Shown piece after piece: positions 11,501-25,806 of a DNA stretch of 64,000 bases; positions within the stretch are counted from its first letter, which is position 1, and each line of letters begins with the position of its first letter. The stretch is taken from positions 182,094,001-182,158,000 of the forward strand of contig NC_088791.1 in the NCBI RefSeq assembly GCF_011386835.1, read 5' to 3'. Source of the stretch: Chrysemys picta bellii (lineage: Eukaryota). The notes under the pieces are model-generated. The model made no database searches and was not told the origin of the DNA. It saw nothing but the letters and a program-made list of their open reading frames with translations. Position numbers and translations under genes: made by a program.

Positions 11501-13248
11501 TTCAGGTCCAAATCCTCATCTCAGGATCTTATTTCTATAAGCAATGGTTCCTTAAATAAGGAGAATAAGGCGAGAAACATAGGCACTATTTTTCTTCTTT
11601 GTCCGAACATATTGTAAAATATTTATTTTGTTGAATATAACTTTAAAACAAGTTGAAGTATACTGTTACCAAATCGTTTAAAAATGCAATTTTACTTCAT
11701 TTGACATGGTTTCCAGCCATCACTCATTTTTACTCTAAGTTTTTCAAAGTCCTACTGGAAAACTACGAATGAAATTATCTCACTGTCAGGAAAGGTGAAT
11801 AAGCTTTTTCCCTGGGTACAAGGGAAGGTTAATTAATAGGGTAATAAAGAGGAATCTTACTTCACTATAAGCAACAAGGGAATTTCTTCATATTGAAGGA
11901 AAGCTGTTAAACATCACTCTTTTGGCATTACTAGCCATCAATTTGGCACTGAAGAATTTAAATTTAGTTAAGTGTAGCTAGAAGCTGGGGAAATTAGACA
12001 TATTGACATGAAAGGGGATAAGATCTTATTAAATGCATGTTGTTAAAATCTCGAACACATGATGACTTTTTTTTCTAGTTGTGGAGTTTGTAGAAAATAT
12101 ACAGAAGTATCCATGTTTGAGGCATTCTTCTGTGTATGTGTTAAAAAGGAAGTATATCTTTTATTCTTTTTTGTTGTAGAGGGCTAGACAGTTTATTAAT
12201 ATATTACCAATACTAGTCCAAAAATGTTGTTATAGAATATTGAATGATACATTCTTTTAAATAAAACCACAATCAGAAAGAAGGGAGATGCAACACTGTA
12301 CAAAGATTAAAAAGATAAATTTGGACTTGTGACAGGAAGCCTGGCTTACTGGTGACATCATCTAGTGATTAGGTCATTGACCCCCAGTAACCCTCTTTTG
12401 GTCTCTGGTGCATCCTGCTAGCTACTCCTCCTGTACTGGGACAGTCCACCTTTTGGTAGGTGTCATCTCAGCCCTCCAGTCAGGCCAACATTGTCGCACT
12501 ACCCACCTTTCAGAGTAGCAATGTCCAACAAATTCTCACAAAGAGTACTTAAAACAAAACTTCCGCAGAATGCCTTCCACCAATAGGCTTAGCAGAAAAA
12601 TATTATTGTCAAAACAGCAACAGTCTATCAGTGTTTAATTCTCTTTCTGATCTTCACAGTTATTCTCTTTCTCACCCTTTCACAGTCCATGCAACACAAA
12701 AGCCACTTCACATTCAACAGGAAAGGGGAAAAACAGAATTGCCAGTAGCAATTTAAAGAAAATTTCATAAACAAGATGCTTGTTAAATAGAATGCATTCA
12801 CTATATGTTAGAAGTGGATAAACAATGTATTTTAATTTTGTTGTGAAATTTCAAAACAAGTTAATTTTTTTCTTCATTGAGATTTCACAGAATGCTGGGA
12901 GTTTATGTCTTTTCTGTTGTCAAGAACAGATGCTTTGTGGAGGGGTATCAGCAAACACGTGAACAAATTAGACAATTTCTGTTTAGTCAGAAGCCATGTT
13001 TTGTTGAAAGATTTTAAAAATATATATATTCAATCAGTTCTACTACATATATTATCCAACGCAGCATGGAAGAACTAGAAGTACAGTACTAGGCATGAAT
13101 TAGTATAGTATTATTACACCAACCCACATGGCAAAACCTGGTTGGAGTCCCATTGTGTGGAACAAACCATTAGTAAGTAATAATCACTGTCCTGAAGAGC
13201 TTACAATCTCCAGACACAGAAGAAGCAACAAATGTATGGAACAGGTTT

Positions 13249-13324
13249 TGGCTCTGCCATCCTTCCACTGTGACCTTGAGTTAATTACTTATCCTCTTAA
13301 GACCTCAGATTCTCCATTTGTAAA
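13249..13324 (+). mobile_element. MIR/CORE-SINE-like relic
   Basis: tggctctgcca...tgtgaccttgagttaattactt...ctcagattctccatttgtaaa resembles the CORE domain. Confidence 0.55.
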
Positions 13325-16300
13325 TTTTTTTGATGTCACAGTTCAAGGCTACTGAAGCTGCGTTCCCCCTGAGTGAACTTGCTTAACCAGGCCACACTAT
13401 TCTTAGTTCCTAAGGAATACTTATAATCCCTCAATAGAAAATAAACATTTGCATTTTAATAGAATGAACTCCTAAAATACTTAAACTTAATTCAATGAGG
13501 ATTAACTTAATTCAATAAGGGTTGCCCAGAATATTGTCGTATCTGCCACAGGGGATAGTATTTTCCTCACACAGAACCTGTCAGGCTAAATTAATTTATG
13601 GTTCTTAAGTGTTTCCATACTCTTGGGTGGAATGTGTTACACTATGCACATGCAAGTTATTCTGAATATTTTCTAAAATTGTGATACCAGGGGACAAATA
13701 GTCACACTTCTCTTTGGAGCAAGTCCCCTTCACCTAACACTACTAGAGGCAAGCTAGCAGAGGAGGACAGAAAAAATGAAGACATTTAAACCCTATAAAA
13801 AGTATAAGATTTGATGATATAACAATCAGAGCATAAGACTCTGAAGTGAATAAAGTCCATGCTGACCCTTCAGAACATTGCAATAATGATTCACACCTTT
13901 TTGAGGCCCAGGACACGGTGTATCCCATTCTCTCCTGGGTGATTTACCTGACAATCTCTATATTGTAATGATGACTTATTAATTTCCCTGGAAGACATTT
14001 TAATACTTGACCCAAATATATCTAATGCTTTCTTTAATGATTGTGACTTGACAACTCTAAGTTGTGTTTTATTGGTTTATTGCTCAGAGGAATAAAATCT
14101 ATTCATTTGCATAGAATTTGTTATTCATCAACATATTAAAACTGTGTAGGAGCATGGCTCTTTTCTGAAATCAGTATAAATTGTGTCATTAGAATTCTAC
14201 CCCAAGATTCCATATATGTGGGAGCAATGCCAGGGACAGGATGTAGTCAGGAAAGAGGTGTGGGACTGATAGCTCTTGGGAAAAACTTGCCCACTGGAGC
14301 AAATTACTCCTCAAGCTAGTGAAGAGCATAAGTTGCCCATCCCAAATGTCCAGCATGAATTAATTTTACCAGAAGCATCAATAGCTACGTAGCATATTAT
14401 GTATGGGTTCATTTGAAGCACATTTTCTGCTATTTCAAATTTAATGAGAAAGGATATTTTCATAAGTGTAAACCCTTAATAGCACAACTGGGTCCTATAC
14501 TCATATAAACATCATTAATTACTATGATGTCTATCACTGCTGTAGCCTCTTAAATCAACTATAAAGAAGATTATGAAAGTCAATCAATCCATTAATTAAA
14601 TATATGTATTTTATCACATTGTTATAAAATGAAAGTATTAAATTTTCATCCCCAAACATTTTCATTCTACCTGGTGAAAAAGATACTCAAGAACCAACCC
14701 TTCAGATCTCATGGTTTCTATTATTATTATTTATTTGTATGAAAGTAGTATCTAGAGGCTTCAATCACACATGGGGTCAGATTGTTCAAAGCGCTGCAAA
14801 AAGAAAAAACACTCTTTCCAGAAGAGTTTAAAATCTAGGGTCTCAGTCCCTGTAGACATTTATGTCCATTTTTAAAATGATGAATACTTCAGTTGAACTC
14901 AGTCAAGTATAGCTTCTGTTGGGTTGAATCAGGGTCCAAAAAGCACAGCAGTGTAAGGGGGTGGAATTCATACCCTTCTGCTCCTATTGTGCTGGCTAGC
15001 ATCATGGGAGGGGAAGCAGTTTCCACAGTGCTATTATGTCTAATTTTTGCAAATGTATGGGAAGCAACAGGAAGTTGGCGGAGCCTTAGTTCTATGCCCA
15101 GTGTCTCCAGCGGCATGGCTATGCTGGTGTACTGGACAGTGTACACTGTGTCAGACAAAGACCCAGTACAGCTTAGTCCCTCTCCAGAGCAGAAGGGAGG
15201 CTGGTGCGAAGATTGTGATTGCCTGAACCACAATCTCCCTCCTGATCTGTTACAGGGCAGCACAACACTACCCTGACAATGGGCAAATTATAATGTCTCA
15301 TAGTGAATAAACGACACTTTAAAAAAAATGGCATCCATCATGGTAAGTAAACTCTAAGGATACATTTTTATTTGGAATCGTTATTTTAAAAGCATAAGTT
15401 TTGGGAAAACAATAATGTTGTGATCTCCCGAGTTCCATCTTTTTGTGACAATGTCTCAGGTTGTTTGAGTCACATTATACTCTCCTCTGAAATGTAACAT
15501 GGCAGAGCAGAAGTGATGCAGTCTGATTTGAGTTGTCACAATGCGATCTGTCTTTCCCCAAGTCAGCTTGAAAAACAAAAGAAGATTGCTGAAGAAAGTA
15601 CCATAAAGCAAACACTTGCTTTCCAGTGTGAAAATAGAAGTTTATTTATTTGCTGAATGGAGTCTCTGAGATCACAAACTGGAAGAAATTCTCCCCACAG
15701 TGTCACTGGTGCAGCTCCACTCACTTCACTAATTCTCTGTGGAAAAACTATGGTGAATTTCCTATGATGTCCATGGAATTGTACCAGTGTAGCTAAAAGG
15801 AGTATTTAGCCCACTATGTTTGCTCAGAACATCTCTTTAAAAAATGAAGAAAAAAAATCACAGCATGTAATGATATTTTTTCATTTCTTTTCTTTTCTTT
15901 TTTAAAGTATACTGTGTAAACTCAGGGGGAGATTTTCAAAGCTACAAAAGACAGTTAAATGCCATTGTCAGCCAATAGGAGTTGGGCACTATCTCCCATG
16001 TGTGCCTTTTGAAAATCTGCCCCATCCTGCTTATGAAACATGACACTGAGAGAGTAGGAGAGTGGATCTTTCATTAATCTACAGAAGAGGTACAACATAG
16101 GCTCTACCAATTCAAACTGCCCCATGTTGCCCTGTAATGCCTCTCATGTTGCCCTGTAATGCCTGGAGAGAAATTCTCTCTACAGGTGAGGTAAGGTTAT
16201 TTTCTCTCTTCAGTCTGTCCTACCTTCTCCACTGAAATAGCCTGTAAGGGTGCCAATTAATGCCATTTGTAACAGTAATAGCTAGCCAGTAGGACCTCTT

Positions 16301-16968
16301 CCTCCTCAAAAGCAATACAAGCAACTGCTTGTTCATAGGTAGTGAATTCACCCAGTGTAGAGGCCAGAGAAGGCATATACACCACTTAAATTCCTCTGAA
16401 ACCCTATTTTGAGAGTTTAAATGAGACTTGATGGTGCATAGCCCTTGTGCTAACCTTCAGCACAAGGGAGGAATTTTAGTCCCATTCAGAACAATTGAAT
16501 TATCTTAATAACAATGGTAATTATACATCACACAATAATGGTGGTTAATTATCATCGTTACATATGACAGAAAGGTTCTAATTTTAATAAAAATGGATTA
16601 CGGAACTCATGGTCCCTTTCATTGTTTGTTAGTCACAAACTGAACCGTAAAAGATGAACAAAGAGAACTCCGACATTGGGGATGATGGTTATAGTTCAGC
16701 TACATTTTAAATTACCTTGATTTATGTATTTCACATAATAGAACAGAACCTTATGCAAATACAATGCAGTAGATCATACTGTGTATATAAATAGTGGATT
16801 ATACTGTGTGAGTAACAGTAACATATAATATTTGTGTGTACACTCTGACTTGTAATACTACATTACATAGTTAATATATTCCAACAAAAAATTCAGTAAC
16901 TTTTACTTGTTTTTATGTATTTTTATTAAACACATGTATAAAAAGTAAAGAAAAGAATACTTTATGGA

Positions 16969-17299
16969 TCATAGACTCATGAAAAAATAGGGCTGGGACA
17001 GATCTCGAAAGGTAATCTATTCTAGACCATCCCCCCACGCTGAAGCAGGACTAAGTAAACCTAGACCATCCCAGCAAATATTTGTCTAACCCCCCAGTGA
17101 TGGGGATTCCACAATCTCCCTTGTAAGTTTAACTATCCTTATATTAGAAAAAAATTCCTAATAGCTAACCCAAATCTGCTTTGCTGCAGAGTAAGTCGAT
17201 TATATCTTGTCCTGTGTCAGTGGACATGGAGAATAGTTGATCACCATCCTGTTTGTAACAGCCCTTAACGTATCTGAAGACTGTTATCAGGTCTCCCCT
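16969..17299 (-). mobile_element. Old CR1 LINE, 3' part (interrupted by an insertion)
   Basis: Starts tcatagactcat (reverse complement of the CR1 tail) and follows CR1 3' sequence to gactgttatcaggtctcccct. CR1 homology resumes near 18415. Confidence 0.72.
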
Positions 17300-17362
17300 G
17301 GTAACCCTTGTGGGGTATGTCTGCCTTGTATTATGCCCTGCTTGCTAAGTGTGGTGCTACAG

Positions 17363-17698
17363 CAGGGGTTGGCAACGTTTGGCACGCGGCTCGCCAGGGT
17401 AAGCACCCTGGCGGACCGGGCCAGTTTTATTTACCTGCTGATGCGGCAGGTTCGGCCGATCGCGGCCCCCACTGGCCGCGGTTCACCGTCCCGGGCCAAT
17501 GGGGGTGTCGAGAAGCCGCAGCCAGCACATCGCTCGCCCGCGCCGCTTCTCGCCGCCTCCATTGGCCCGGGACGGTGAACCGCGGTCAGTGGGGGCCGCG
17601 ATCGGCCGAACCTGCCGCGTCAGCAGGTAAATAAAACTGGCCCGGCCCGCCAGGGTGCTTACCCTGGTGAGCCGCGTGCTAAACATTGCCAACCTCTG
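17363..17698. mobile_element. Palindromic hAT MITE
   Basis: TIRs caggggttggcaac / attgccaacctctg. 8-bp TSD tgctacag / tgttacag. CpG-rich, near-complete palindrome. Confidence 0.92.
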
Positions 17699-17948
17699 TG
17701 TTACAGCATGCAACACACAGCCTCAGTTTTCCTTCTCTCAGGTCCCCTTAAAACCTGCACACAGTCCAAAAGGGCAAAAAAATAAATTCCCCTTCTAGGG
17801 TTCTACTTTATTAAATTCAAATAAACTTGAAATAAAGTCTCTTCCCTTGGGCTCAGGGGTTGCACAGTGCTCCCCCATGAGACCTGTGTTTCTCAATCAT
17901 GGCCTTTCTGGTCTGTAGTTTCTTCCCTTAGGGTTTGTGGTTGTCTAA

Positions 17949-18201
17949 AGGTATGTCTACACCGCAAAGAGAAACCCATAGCTGGCCAATGCCAGCCAAC
18001 TCGGGCTTGTGGGGCTCAGGCAACAGGGCTGTTTCATTGCTGCCTAGTCTTCCAAGCTCGCGCTGCAGCCTAGGCTATAGGACACTGTGGGATCCCAGGG
18101 TCCCAGAGCCTGGGCTCCAGCCTGAGCCTGGAAGTCAACACAGTAAAGAAACAGCCCGAGTGGGCCAGCTGTGGGTTTTTCTTTGCTATGTAGACATACC
18201 T
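17949..18201. mobile_element. PIF/Harbinger-like MITE (gtctacac family)
   Basis: TIRs aggtatgtctac / gtagacatacct, flanked by taa / tta (TWA-type target). Confidence 0.75.
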
Positions 18202-18414
18202 TTAGAGCTCCTCTCCCTTAAAAGACCTTCTCTCTCTATGAACAACTTCCTGCAACTGAGCCCTGATGGCCTTTTAGCAGGCCCCAGTGCTCGTTATTCA
18301 ATTAAAAGCCTAGATGGGCTCATTCACCTTAAATTGGTTTCTCATGGGTAGCCTGGGCTCAAATTCCCCTTAAAGGTGTGAGCAAACCTATGAGTCCTTC
18401 CCCCCACCCACCCC

Positions 18415-19533
18415 CGTCTTCTTTTCTTAAGACATAATATACCCATTTTTAAAAAAAAATCTTTCCTCATAGGTCAGGTATTCTAACCTTTTATCATTTT
18501 TTATGCTCTCCCCTGGACTATCTCCAATTTGTTCATTGCTTTCTTAAAGTATGGCATCCAGAAATGGACACAATACTTTAGCTGAGCCCTCACCAGTTCT
18601 GAGTAAGGAGGGGCAGTTACTCCCTATGTCTTACATATGATGTTCCTGTTAATAGACCCCAGAATTATATTAGCCCTTTTTGCAACTGCATTACATTGTT
18701 GGCTCATATTCAGTTTGTTGCCCAGATCTATAGAATTTAGTTTTGTTGATTTCAGACCAATTTTCCAATTTGTTACAGTAATTTTAAATTCTCACCCTGT
18801 CCTCCAAAGTGCTTGCAAACTCCACCCAGGGTGATGTCATTCACAGATTTAATAATGGTATTCTCCACTTCATTATCCAAGTCATTCTTGAAAATATTGA
18901 ATAGCACCAATCCAGGACTGACTTTTGTGCAACCCCAATAGATACATCCTCCCAGTTTGACAGCAAACTGTTGATAACTGCTCTTTGTATAGTTTTTCAA
19001 ACAGTTGTGCACCCACCTTATAATAATTTCATTTAGACCACATTTCTCTAGTTTGTTTATGAGGCAGTCATGTATACTAAAATTAAGGTAAATCATGTTT
19101 ACTTCCCCTTCTCCCATCCACTAGGTCCGTAACTCTCTCAAGAAAGGAATTTAGATTGGTTTGACTTGATTTGTTCTGGACAAATCCATGTTGGCTATTA
19201 CTTATCACCCTATCATATTCTAGGCACACACTGATACTTACAAATTGATTGTTTAATAATTTGTTCCAGTATCTTTCCAGGTATGGAAGTTTGGCTGACT
19301 GGCCTATAATTCCTCAGAGCTTCTTTGTTCCCCTTTTTAAAGGTAGTACTGTGTTTGTCCTTCTCCTTTCCTCTAGGACCTGACCTGTCCTCCATGAGTT
19401 CTAGAAGATAATCACTAATAGTTCCAAAATTGCTTCACCTAGTCTTTTAAGTAGCCTAGGGTGAATTTGTCAGGCTCTACCAACTTCAATACATGTATCT
19501 TATCTAAATATTCTTTAACCTGTTCTTTCCCTA
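18415..19533 (-). mobile_element. Old CR1 LINE, ORF2 RT region with internal deletions
   Basis: Minus-strand translations include FKKGNKEALRNYRPVSQTSIPGKILEQIIKQ and LVLFNIFKNDLDNEVENTIIKSVNDITLGG, which are degenerate CR1 RT motifs. Confidence 0.85.
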
Positions 19534-20339
19534 GTGTGGCATGTGTTCCTTCCCCCATTTGCACCCATATGAATGACATTGGTTAGTTTGAGCTACAAGG
19601 ATGTGGACTCAGATTTACAGTTTAACCACAACTCAGAATGTAGCTGGTGATAACATTCAAGCTATTATAGAAGTTTGAAAAAGGAGACCTACTACATCTT
19701 CTTGTCCATTTCCAGGAGCTAGTGCAGAATTGTCAAATCCAATTTTAAATGACCCATTCAGTGCAGGGGTTTCCTCAGAAGTTATCACTAGATCCAGGGG
19801 AAAAAATTCTAACAAATCTGTCCACTGCCCCTCCCCTTCCCTGAAAAATGCATATTTGGGTGAACTGAAAGATTTCACAAATTTGTGCTAAATTGCTTAA
19901 TTGTTTTGCGGTAAAAAAAGATCCAAAAAAAGATGAAGGGTTTTGTTTTGACATATTTGAAATAAAACATTGCAATTTTTCAACTCAAAATGACTTTAAG
20001 CGTTTTGCTTGAATTTTATTAAAAACACTTTTTTTCATTTTAAGTTGAACAAAATGTTTTGACCTGAAACATTCTTATTTAATACTTTTTTTTGCCCCCC
20101 CCCCCCAAAAAAAAATTAAATGGTCTTTTGGGGTCAAACGGATGCCTTTGCCAATGCAGTTCAGAATCATGTGATGGAAAAATAAAAGAAAGCCAATATC
20201 ATATTGCCAAAGTTTTCTTTACTTTATCCCTCAGGTCCCTTTCAGCCTTGCAGCTTTCTGAATACTTCCCTCCCATTGACTAGCTGTATCTCAGATCCCC
20301 CACCCCCTAAAATTCACTAAATTGCATTTTTTTAATGAC

Positions 20340-20620
20340 TCATTTCTTGGTCACATTTCTAATGTCTCAAAATCCCTTTGTTTCATTGCTTTATCCTCGG
20401 GAATGTGTGCAATAACTCCAATTTGGTATCCTCTCCAAAATTAATTAACAACCTATTTACCACCTCTTCCAGATATTAATGAAGATGGTAAATAACACTA
20501 GGGTTTATACCAATCTCTTCGGTATCCTCTTGGATACTTAATCTTAACTTGAAACATTGCCATAAAGCTTTTGTTTATGTCCTGCCAGTTTTCAGTTCAT
20601 TTGAAAATTCTCATAATCAA
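20340..20620 (-). mobile_element. Highly decayed CR1 RT fragment
   Basis: ttggtatcctctccaaaatt...cctcttccagatattaatgaagatggtaaataacact resembles the reverse complement of the CR1 FNIFINDL...KFADDTK region. Confidence 0.45.
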
Positions 20621-23600
20621 GCTAATTAACATTATTTTTTCAAGAAAGTTTTCACAAGACAATAAAATTTGATGCAAGTTACAAACAATTACCGTGAAAA
20701 ATATAAAGTAATCCCTATGCTCAGTGATTAAATATGGATTGAAAACTTGCCCAAAGCTCGAAATAAGGGTTTTATTTTGGAATAAATTAATATTTGAAAA
20801 AGTATACCACACAGTTTATGTCACAGTTTCAGTGGAAGAATGTAATTGTTAGAAGGATCGGAATGCTTGGAAGCTTTGTTTGTGTTTATGAGAGATAAAG
20901 GGAACAATTTTGGTAGCTCTTTGTGCCAGAAAGAGCTCATGTTAACTTTTCACCAATATGTGAAATGAAGGCCATTGTCATATTTGATATAAGGGGCTAA
21001 ATTGAACCTTTATGCTCAGTCCTGTTTAATGGAAACATGTACCTGTGTCATCCCATGAGGGATCACTGAGAAGGAATTATTAGTAATTCCAGAGGGTCAC
21101 AATTCTTGACCTGCTCCCCTCTTTTCTCTGGGTGTGGGAGTGGATAATAATTTATTACATTCCATTTTGTGATGTAGCATACTAAGCCCCAATTCATACA
21201 CTGGGACAGTGCAAGAGAAACAGCCCCCATTTCCCCTCTAAATCCTAGCAGCACAAGGGTGGGTGTGGTGTCAAGCCTGGAAAGACCCCATCTGCTCTGG
21301 CAACGCAATGCTAAAATCAGGCCTGGAAGATCAAAATCATCTCATTGATTTTGAGGGGTAGCCACTTCATTTTTTCATCCCCCAAGTCAGTTCCCTACTC
21401 CATTTCTGCTGCCTCCTCTCTTAATCCTGCCAGGACGCTTTCCTCCATTCCAGTTAGGGCCCATCATAACCTGAAGAATCTCCCTTCTTCTACTGCAAGG
21501 GGAAGACAGACAACTGTTATGTGGTGCCTCTCAGACAAAGCATTTTTTCTCACTCACAGTCAGCGACTCACTTTCACTTTGTTTGAATTGTTTGAGAATG
21601 AAGGAGATGGAACATCTCTCTTCAAGGGGCAGTCAGACCAGGAATACAGCCCACATAAATCAGATGCTGCTGAACTTGTTTTTAATGCCTTCTCTCCTGT
21701 GATAGCTTCCCTTTCTTTTGCCCATGGAAATAGAGTACTAGGTAACCTGAAAGCAATGTTCCTTGGAGGGGCACTTGTGCATTGGAGAAAGGAGAAGGTT
21801 ATGCAAACTTATTGTTGTACTATTTTCTAGGTCAAGAGGTAGCTTCTTTCCTCCAACTTTTCCAAAAATTAAAAGTGTATCAAAGCCACTTCCCTTAACC
21901 AGCTCTGACAGAAAACTTTGTAAAAAGCATGTCCTGTCTATTTCAATTCTCTGAAGTCAATTAGTGTGAACATTTCAAAATATTAGTCAGCAAAACTCAG
22001 GGAGAGAGTTACATCTCTCCCTGGCCATTTACAGTTGAAAGTTTTTTTTTAAAAAGTGTCTTTATTCAAAAAGCCAAACACAAGACAGTGACTATTTTAC
22101 AAATTTGCATGTGTGCCTTTCTATATTTATAGAGAGAGTGACAGATACACACACATACACTCACTTTATATATATATATTGCTTTCAATTGTGCATTCAC
22201 AAATAAATGCCCTCACAATTTTGTGTGTGAAAATCAGGTAGTTAGTTTTCTAAATGCTATCAATTGTGTCCACAGTTTATTGATGAGGCAAAATTCTCTG
22301 TCCTTCCAGGTCAAGGTTGATGTACACTTCATTGGTGGAGTACTGCAGGGATGCTTTTACTGCTGATGCCCACACTGTACCATCCTACGGATATACAGAA
22401 GACTTCAATATCTGGGGCCATCAGACTAGCACCTCACATTCACTATATAAATTCACTATATAATATTTTCAAAGAAATTGTTTCAGTGCCAACATTCGCT
22501 TCACTGACTATAATAGAAATTATATTTTCTACTTTTAAAAATCCTTTCTACCTTCTAAGTGCCTGGGAAAGTTTGATATTCGTTCGACAGTTGGCAGATG
22601 CACACGAAACCCCATTTTTTCCTCTCCTCTTCTTAAATCACTTTGCCACTTAAAGAATCACTTTAGGCTTAGTCCCAAGGAAAAAAAAAAAGTCGTTCAA
22701 TCCAAGGGACTGACAGATGGACATCAAGCAATAAAAAATGATGAACATCCTTCTTCATTTTTATTGTCTCCTCTGCCAACAGTTCACATCCTTCAAAGCC
22801 TTAGCTTCTGTAGTCACTTAGATGTCACCCTCAGTTGTTGGTACTTACCATGAATTGATATTGAAGTTGTGCATGTAAAAAACACTTTATTTCAGTATCC
22901 ATTTTCTAGTACCCTTTTGTACCTATATTCTTAACAATCCACCTCCTTGGAAGGCAGCTACTTTGTAGGTGTGCTGAAGGTTAATGCTTGCCAAGATGCA
23001 AACCTCAGTTCTAATCCAGCAATGGAGAATAAAAGAACATTGTCTCCAGGAAACTGGAATGTACATTAGATGATAGAGTAGCTCTTTTCCAGCCCTATAA
23101 TTTATTATTCTTTGATTCTACGAATTATGTGGAAATCTGAATGCCAAATGGGAGTTCAGATTTAAAAGCTGGGAGTTAAAAAAATCTGAATGAGAACAGG
23201 AGTCCTCTCAGTATATCACCTGTCATGACAGCTCCAACTGTACTGGCTGCTCAGGTATATGAGATCTGCAAGGTTGTGGTACACAGTAGAAAAGGCTTGA
23301 GAAATCACTAGAAAATTACACATTAGTCTCAATTTCTTTTTTCCCCATCCTTTAGTTCTTTATTTGCTAATCTTTCTGAGTGTTGTGTTTTATGTGCTTA
23401 GTGAGAGAGGAGGCAAATGGGTCTCCCAATGACAGCCACTGATCAGAAGAATGTATGGCCATCACAGCCATTTCCCTTTGATCCTGGTGGCCACAGCCCC
23501 TGAGTTAGCCTCAAGTGGGGGATGGTTCTGGAACCAATAAAGTAGCTATTCATCATCTGCATCCTACATTGGGAGGACCCCTAAAGACCAGTTAAAATGG

Positions 23601-24625
23601 ATAAAAGACACATTTTGCTGCCAGAACAATATAAAGTTGTCCAGCATAGCCAAGGACCAAGCTCTGTGCTTTCTAATGCAGCTCATATAATGCTGCTTGA
23701 ATCCCTTAGTGGAAACCAAGCATTGCATTGCATTGCCATAATCTATCTCACAAGTCTGGGAAAGAGAGAAAAAAATTCCCAGACCTTTGCAATGTGATTC
23801 AAACGAACTCATGTGTGACAAACAAATGAGATCATTTCCAGATTTGACTAGATGGGTTTTTTCGTTTGTTTGTTTGTTTGTTTTCCCCCCCATGGCTAAT
23901 GTGTCTCCAAAGCAGGTACTGAGAGAGGACAACCTTAGCTTTCATGCAAAGAGAAGTAATTATAACATTTAATAACATTATCTACAAGGACAAAATCATA
24001 CCACTTAAGAAATATGAAAAATCAGTAAGAAAACTTGCCTAATAGATAAGGCATGGTACTAGACACCTTTGTTATATAGAGAGGGAAAATTAGACCTACT
24101 GAGCCAAATTAGTCCCTAATGCCACCCCCACTGAAATGAACAGTCATCCAGAAAATCCTTCTAACCCTGTTTAAACACATATCTGTTCTTTTTCATTGGT
24201 TGTGCACTGGGATATGAGGGCTCTAACTTACTCTCATTATCGGAACATAGGCCCAAATTGTTTCCCCAATTTGAATGATCTTCACTGTGCACCGAGATTT
24301 TCGTGTTCCAGGTTGGGGAAGGGAGAATCAGAAGAGTTGAAGTAAGGGGGAGTGGAGGGGCATCGCTCCCCTACTTCTGCTAAAAGGAGAGCTCCCTCTG
24401 TTTCCCTGGGTTGGGTAAGCAACACCATTCCCTGGGTTGGGTAAGCAACACTATTCTCCCTCCTTGGCTGGTTCAATGAGAGCCCCCCTTCCTGTTTCAA
24501 TCTACTTTAACCACTGGAGTCATCACTCCAAAGCACCATCCCCCCACTCTACTTTTGACCTTGAGGAGAGTCCTCTGTGGGGCTGGGGACCAACATCTGA
24601 GCAGGGGTGGGCCAACGAGTCCTTA

Positions 24626-24931
24626 GGGTACTCTACAGTGTAGCTGGAAGTGTGCCTCCCAGTGAGGGTAGACAGACAGGCCATCTGTGCTGGAGCTGGT
24701 GTGCTAAAAATAGCAGCGTGAATGTTGTAGCATAGGTAGAGACATGGACCAGCCACCGGAGCATGGACCCGGAGTGGCAGGCAGGCAGGCTTGTACTTGG
24801 GTGGCTAGCCCATGCTGCCAGTGCGGCAGTGTCCACACTGCTTTTTTTAGTGAACTAGCAAGAGCACAGCTAGCACATCTCTATCTACCTGGGCTATGGG
24901 GCAAACTCCCAACTGCACTGTAGACATACCC
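24626..24931. mobile_element. PIF/Harbinger-like MITE (gtctacac family)
   Basis: TIRs gggtactctacagtg / cactgtagacataccc. Perfect tta/tta flanks (24623-24625, 24932-24934). Confidence 0.8.
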
Positions 24932-25425
24932 TTATTGTCTCTCGCTATGCCTCACAGGAAATCTGGCAAAAAGTGAAGGCCTGAGGCTGTATTACATTTT
25001 TCTATCTCCCCACCTGCACTTGGAACTCTTTCTTTAAGAAAGGTTCAGGAAGCAGCTGCCAGCTAGGGTGCCCATGGCAACTGTCTGGCAGTTGGGAAGC
25101 AGGCAAGCCTAAACCACTTGAGCTGAGAGGGAATGCCTTTAGCTGGTAGCAGAAGCAGGTATCTTGCCCTGTCTGTGGGTCAGCCACTCAGTGGCGACAG
25201 AACTTTCACACCTCACTCATTCATACAACCTCAGTTCATTAAAGTGGCCTCCTGACAAACCTGGGATTCATGTGGCTTGACAGAACCTTGTTCATTCCAT
25301 GAGAGCATTTCAGAAAACCAGCCAGGGGATCCTCACAGATTTATGTCCTTCCTCTGTGTATATTTTCATGGAAGGAGGTAATCCAGGCCCTGGATTTCAA
25401 TCAGCATTTTTTATATTCCTTCTAC

Positions 25426-25563
25426 CAGTGGTGGGCAACCTGCAGCCCACAGGTTGCATGCGGCCCATCAGGGTAATCTGCTGGAGGGCCATGAAACAGT
25501 TTGTTTACATTTGCATGGCTGCCCGCAACTCCCAGTGGCTGCAGTTTGCCATTTCCGGACAAT
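25426..25563 (+). mobile_element. Truncated hAT MITE (left end only)
   Basis: Begins cagtggtgggcaacctgcagccc. The interior resembles the other hAT MITE cores. No right TIR seen. Confidence 0.6.
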
Positions 25564-25676
25564 AATTGCAATATATTTTTGCTCCCGTTTGTAACATCAG
25601 TTGTGAAGTTTAGAATGCAGACTTGTTGATTTCATCCTTCATTTCTTTCACACACAACATACTGTACTGTCATTAC

Positions 25677-25806
25677 AGGCCAGATTCTGCAACTCACACT
25701 CACACTGAGTGTCACTTACTCATTAGAGCAGTCCCATCGTAGCCAGTGGGAATACTTGCCTATGTAAATACTAGTCAATCTGTGCACAGGCTTCAGAATC
25801 TGGCCC
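25677..25806. repeat. Short old palindromic element (ggccagattc...gaatctggcc type)
   Basis: 12-bp TIR ggccagattctg / cagaatctggcc. Similar degenerate copies near 9520, 28790, 50400 and 60327. Confidence 0.6.

Larger units (their letters stand above)
17300..18410. mobile_element. Unclassified, possibly LTR-like insertion splitting the CR1
   Basis: Non-CR1 sequence between two contiguous CR1 segments, with C-runs at both junctions. It hosts two MITEs. Boundaries are approximate. Confidence 0.4.

Noticed and set aside
14889-15276. Overlapping 124-aa and 127-aa ORFs on opposite strands
   Set aside because: No recognisable motif and no convincing splice context; this is expected by chance in a moderately GC-rich patch.
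21345-21830. 161-aa plus-strand ORF outside obvious repeats
   Set aside because: It starts at TTG, shows no domain resemblance I can recognise and has no clear donor site.
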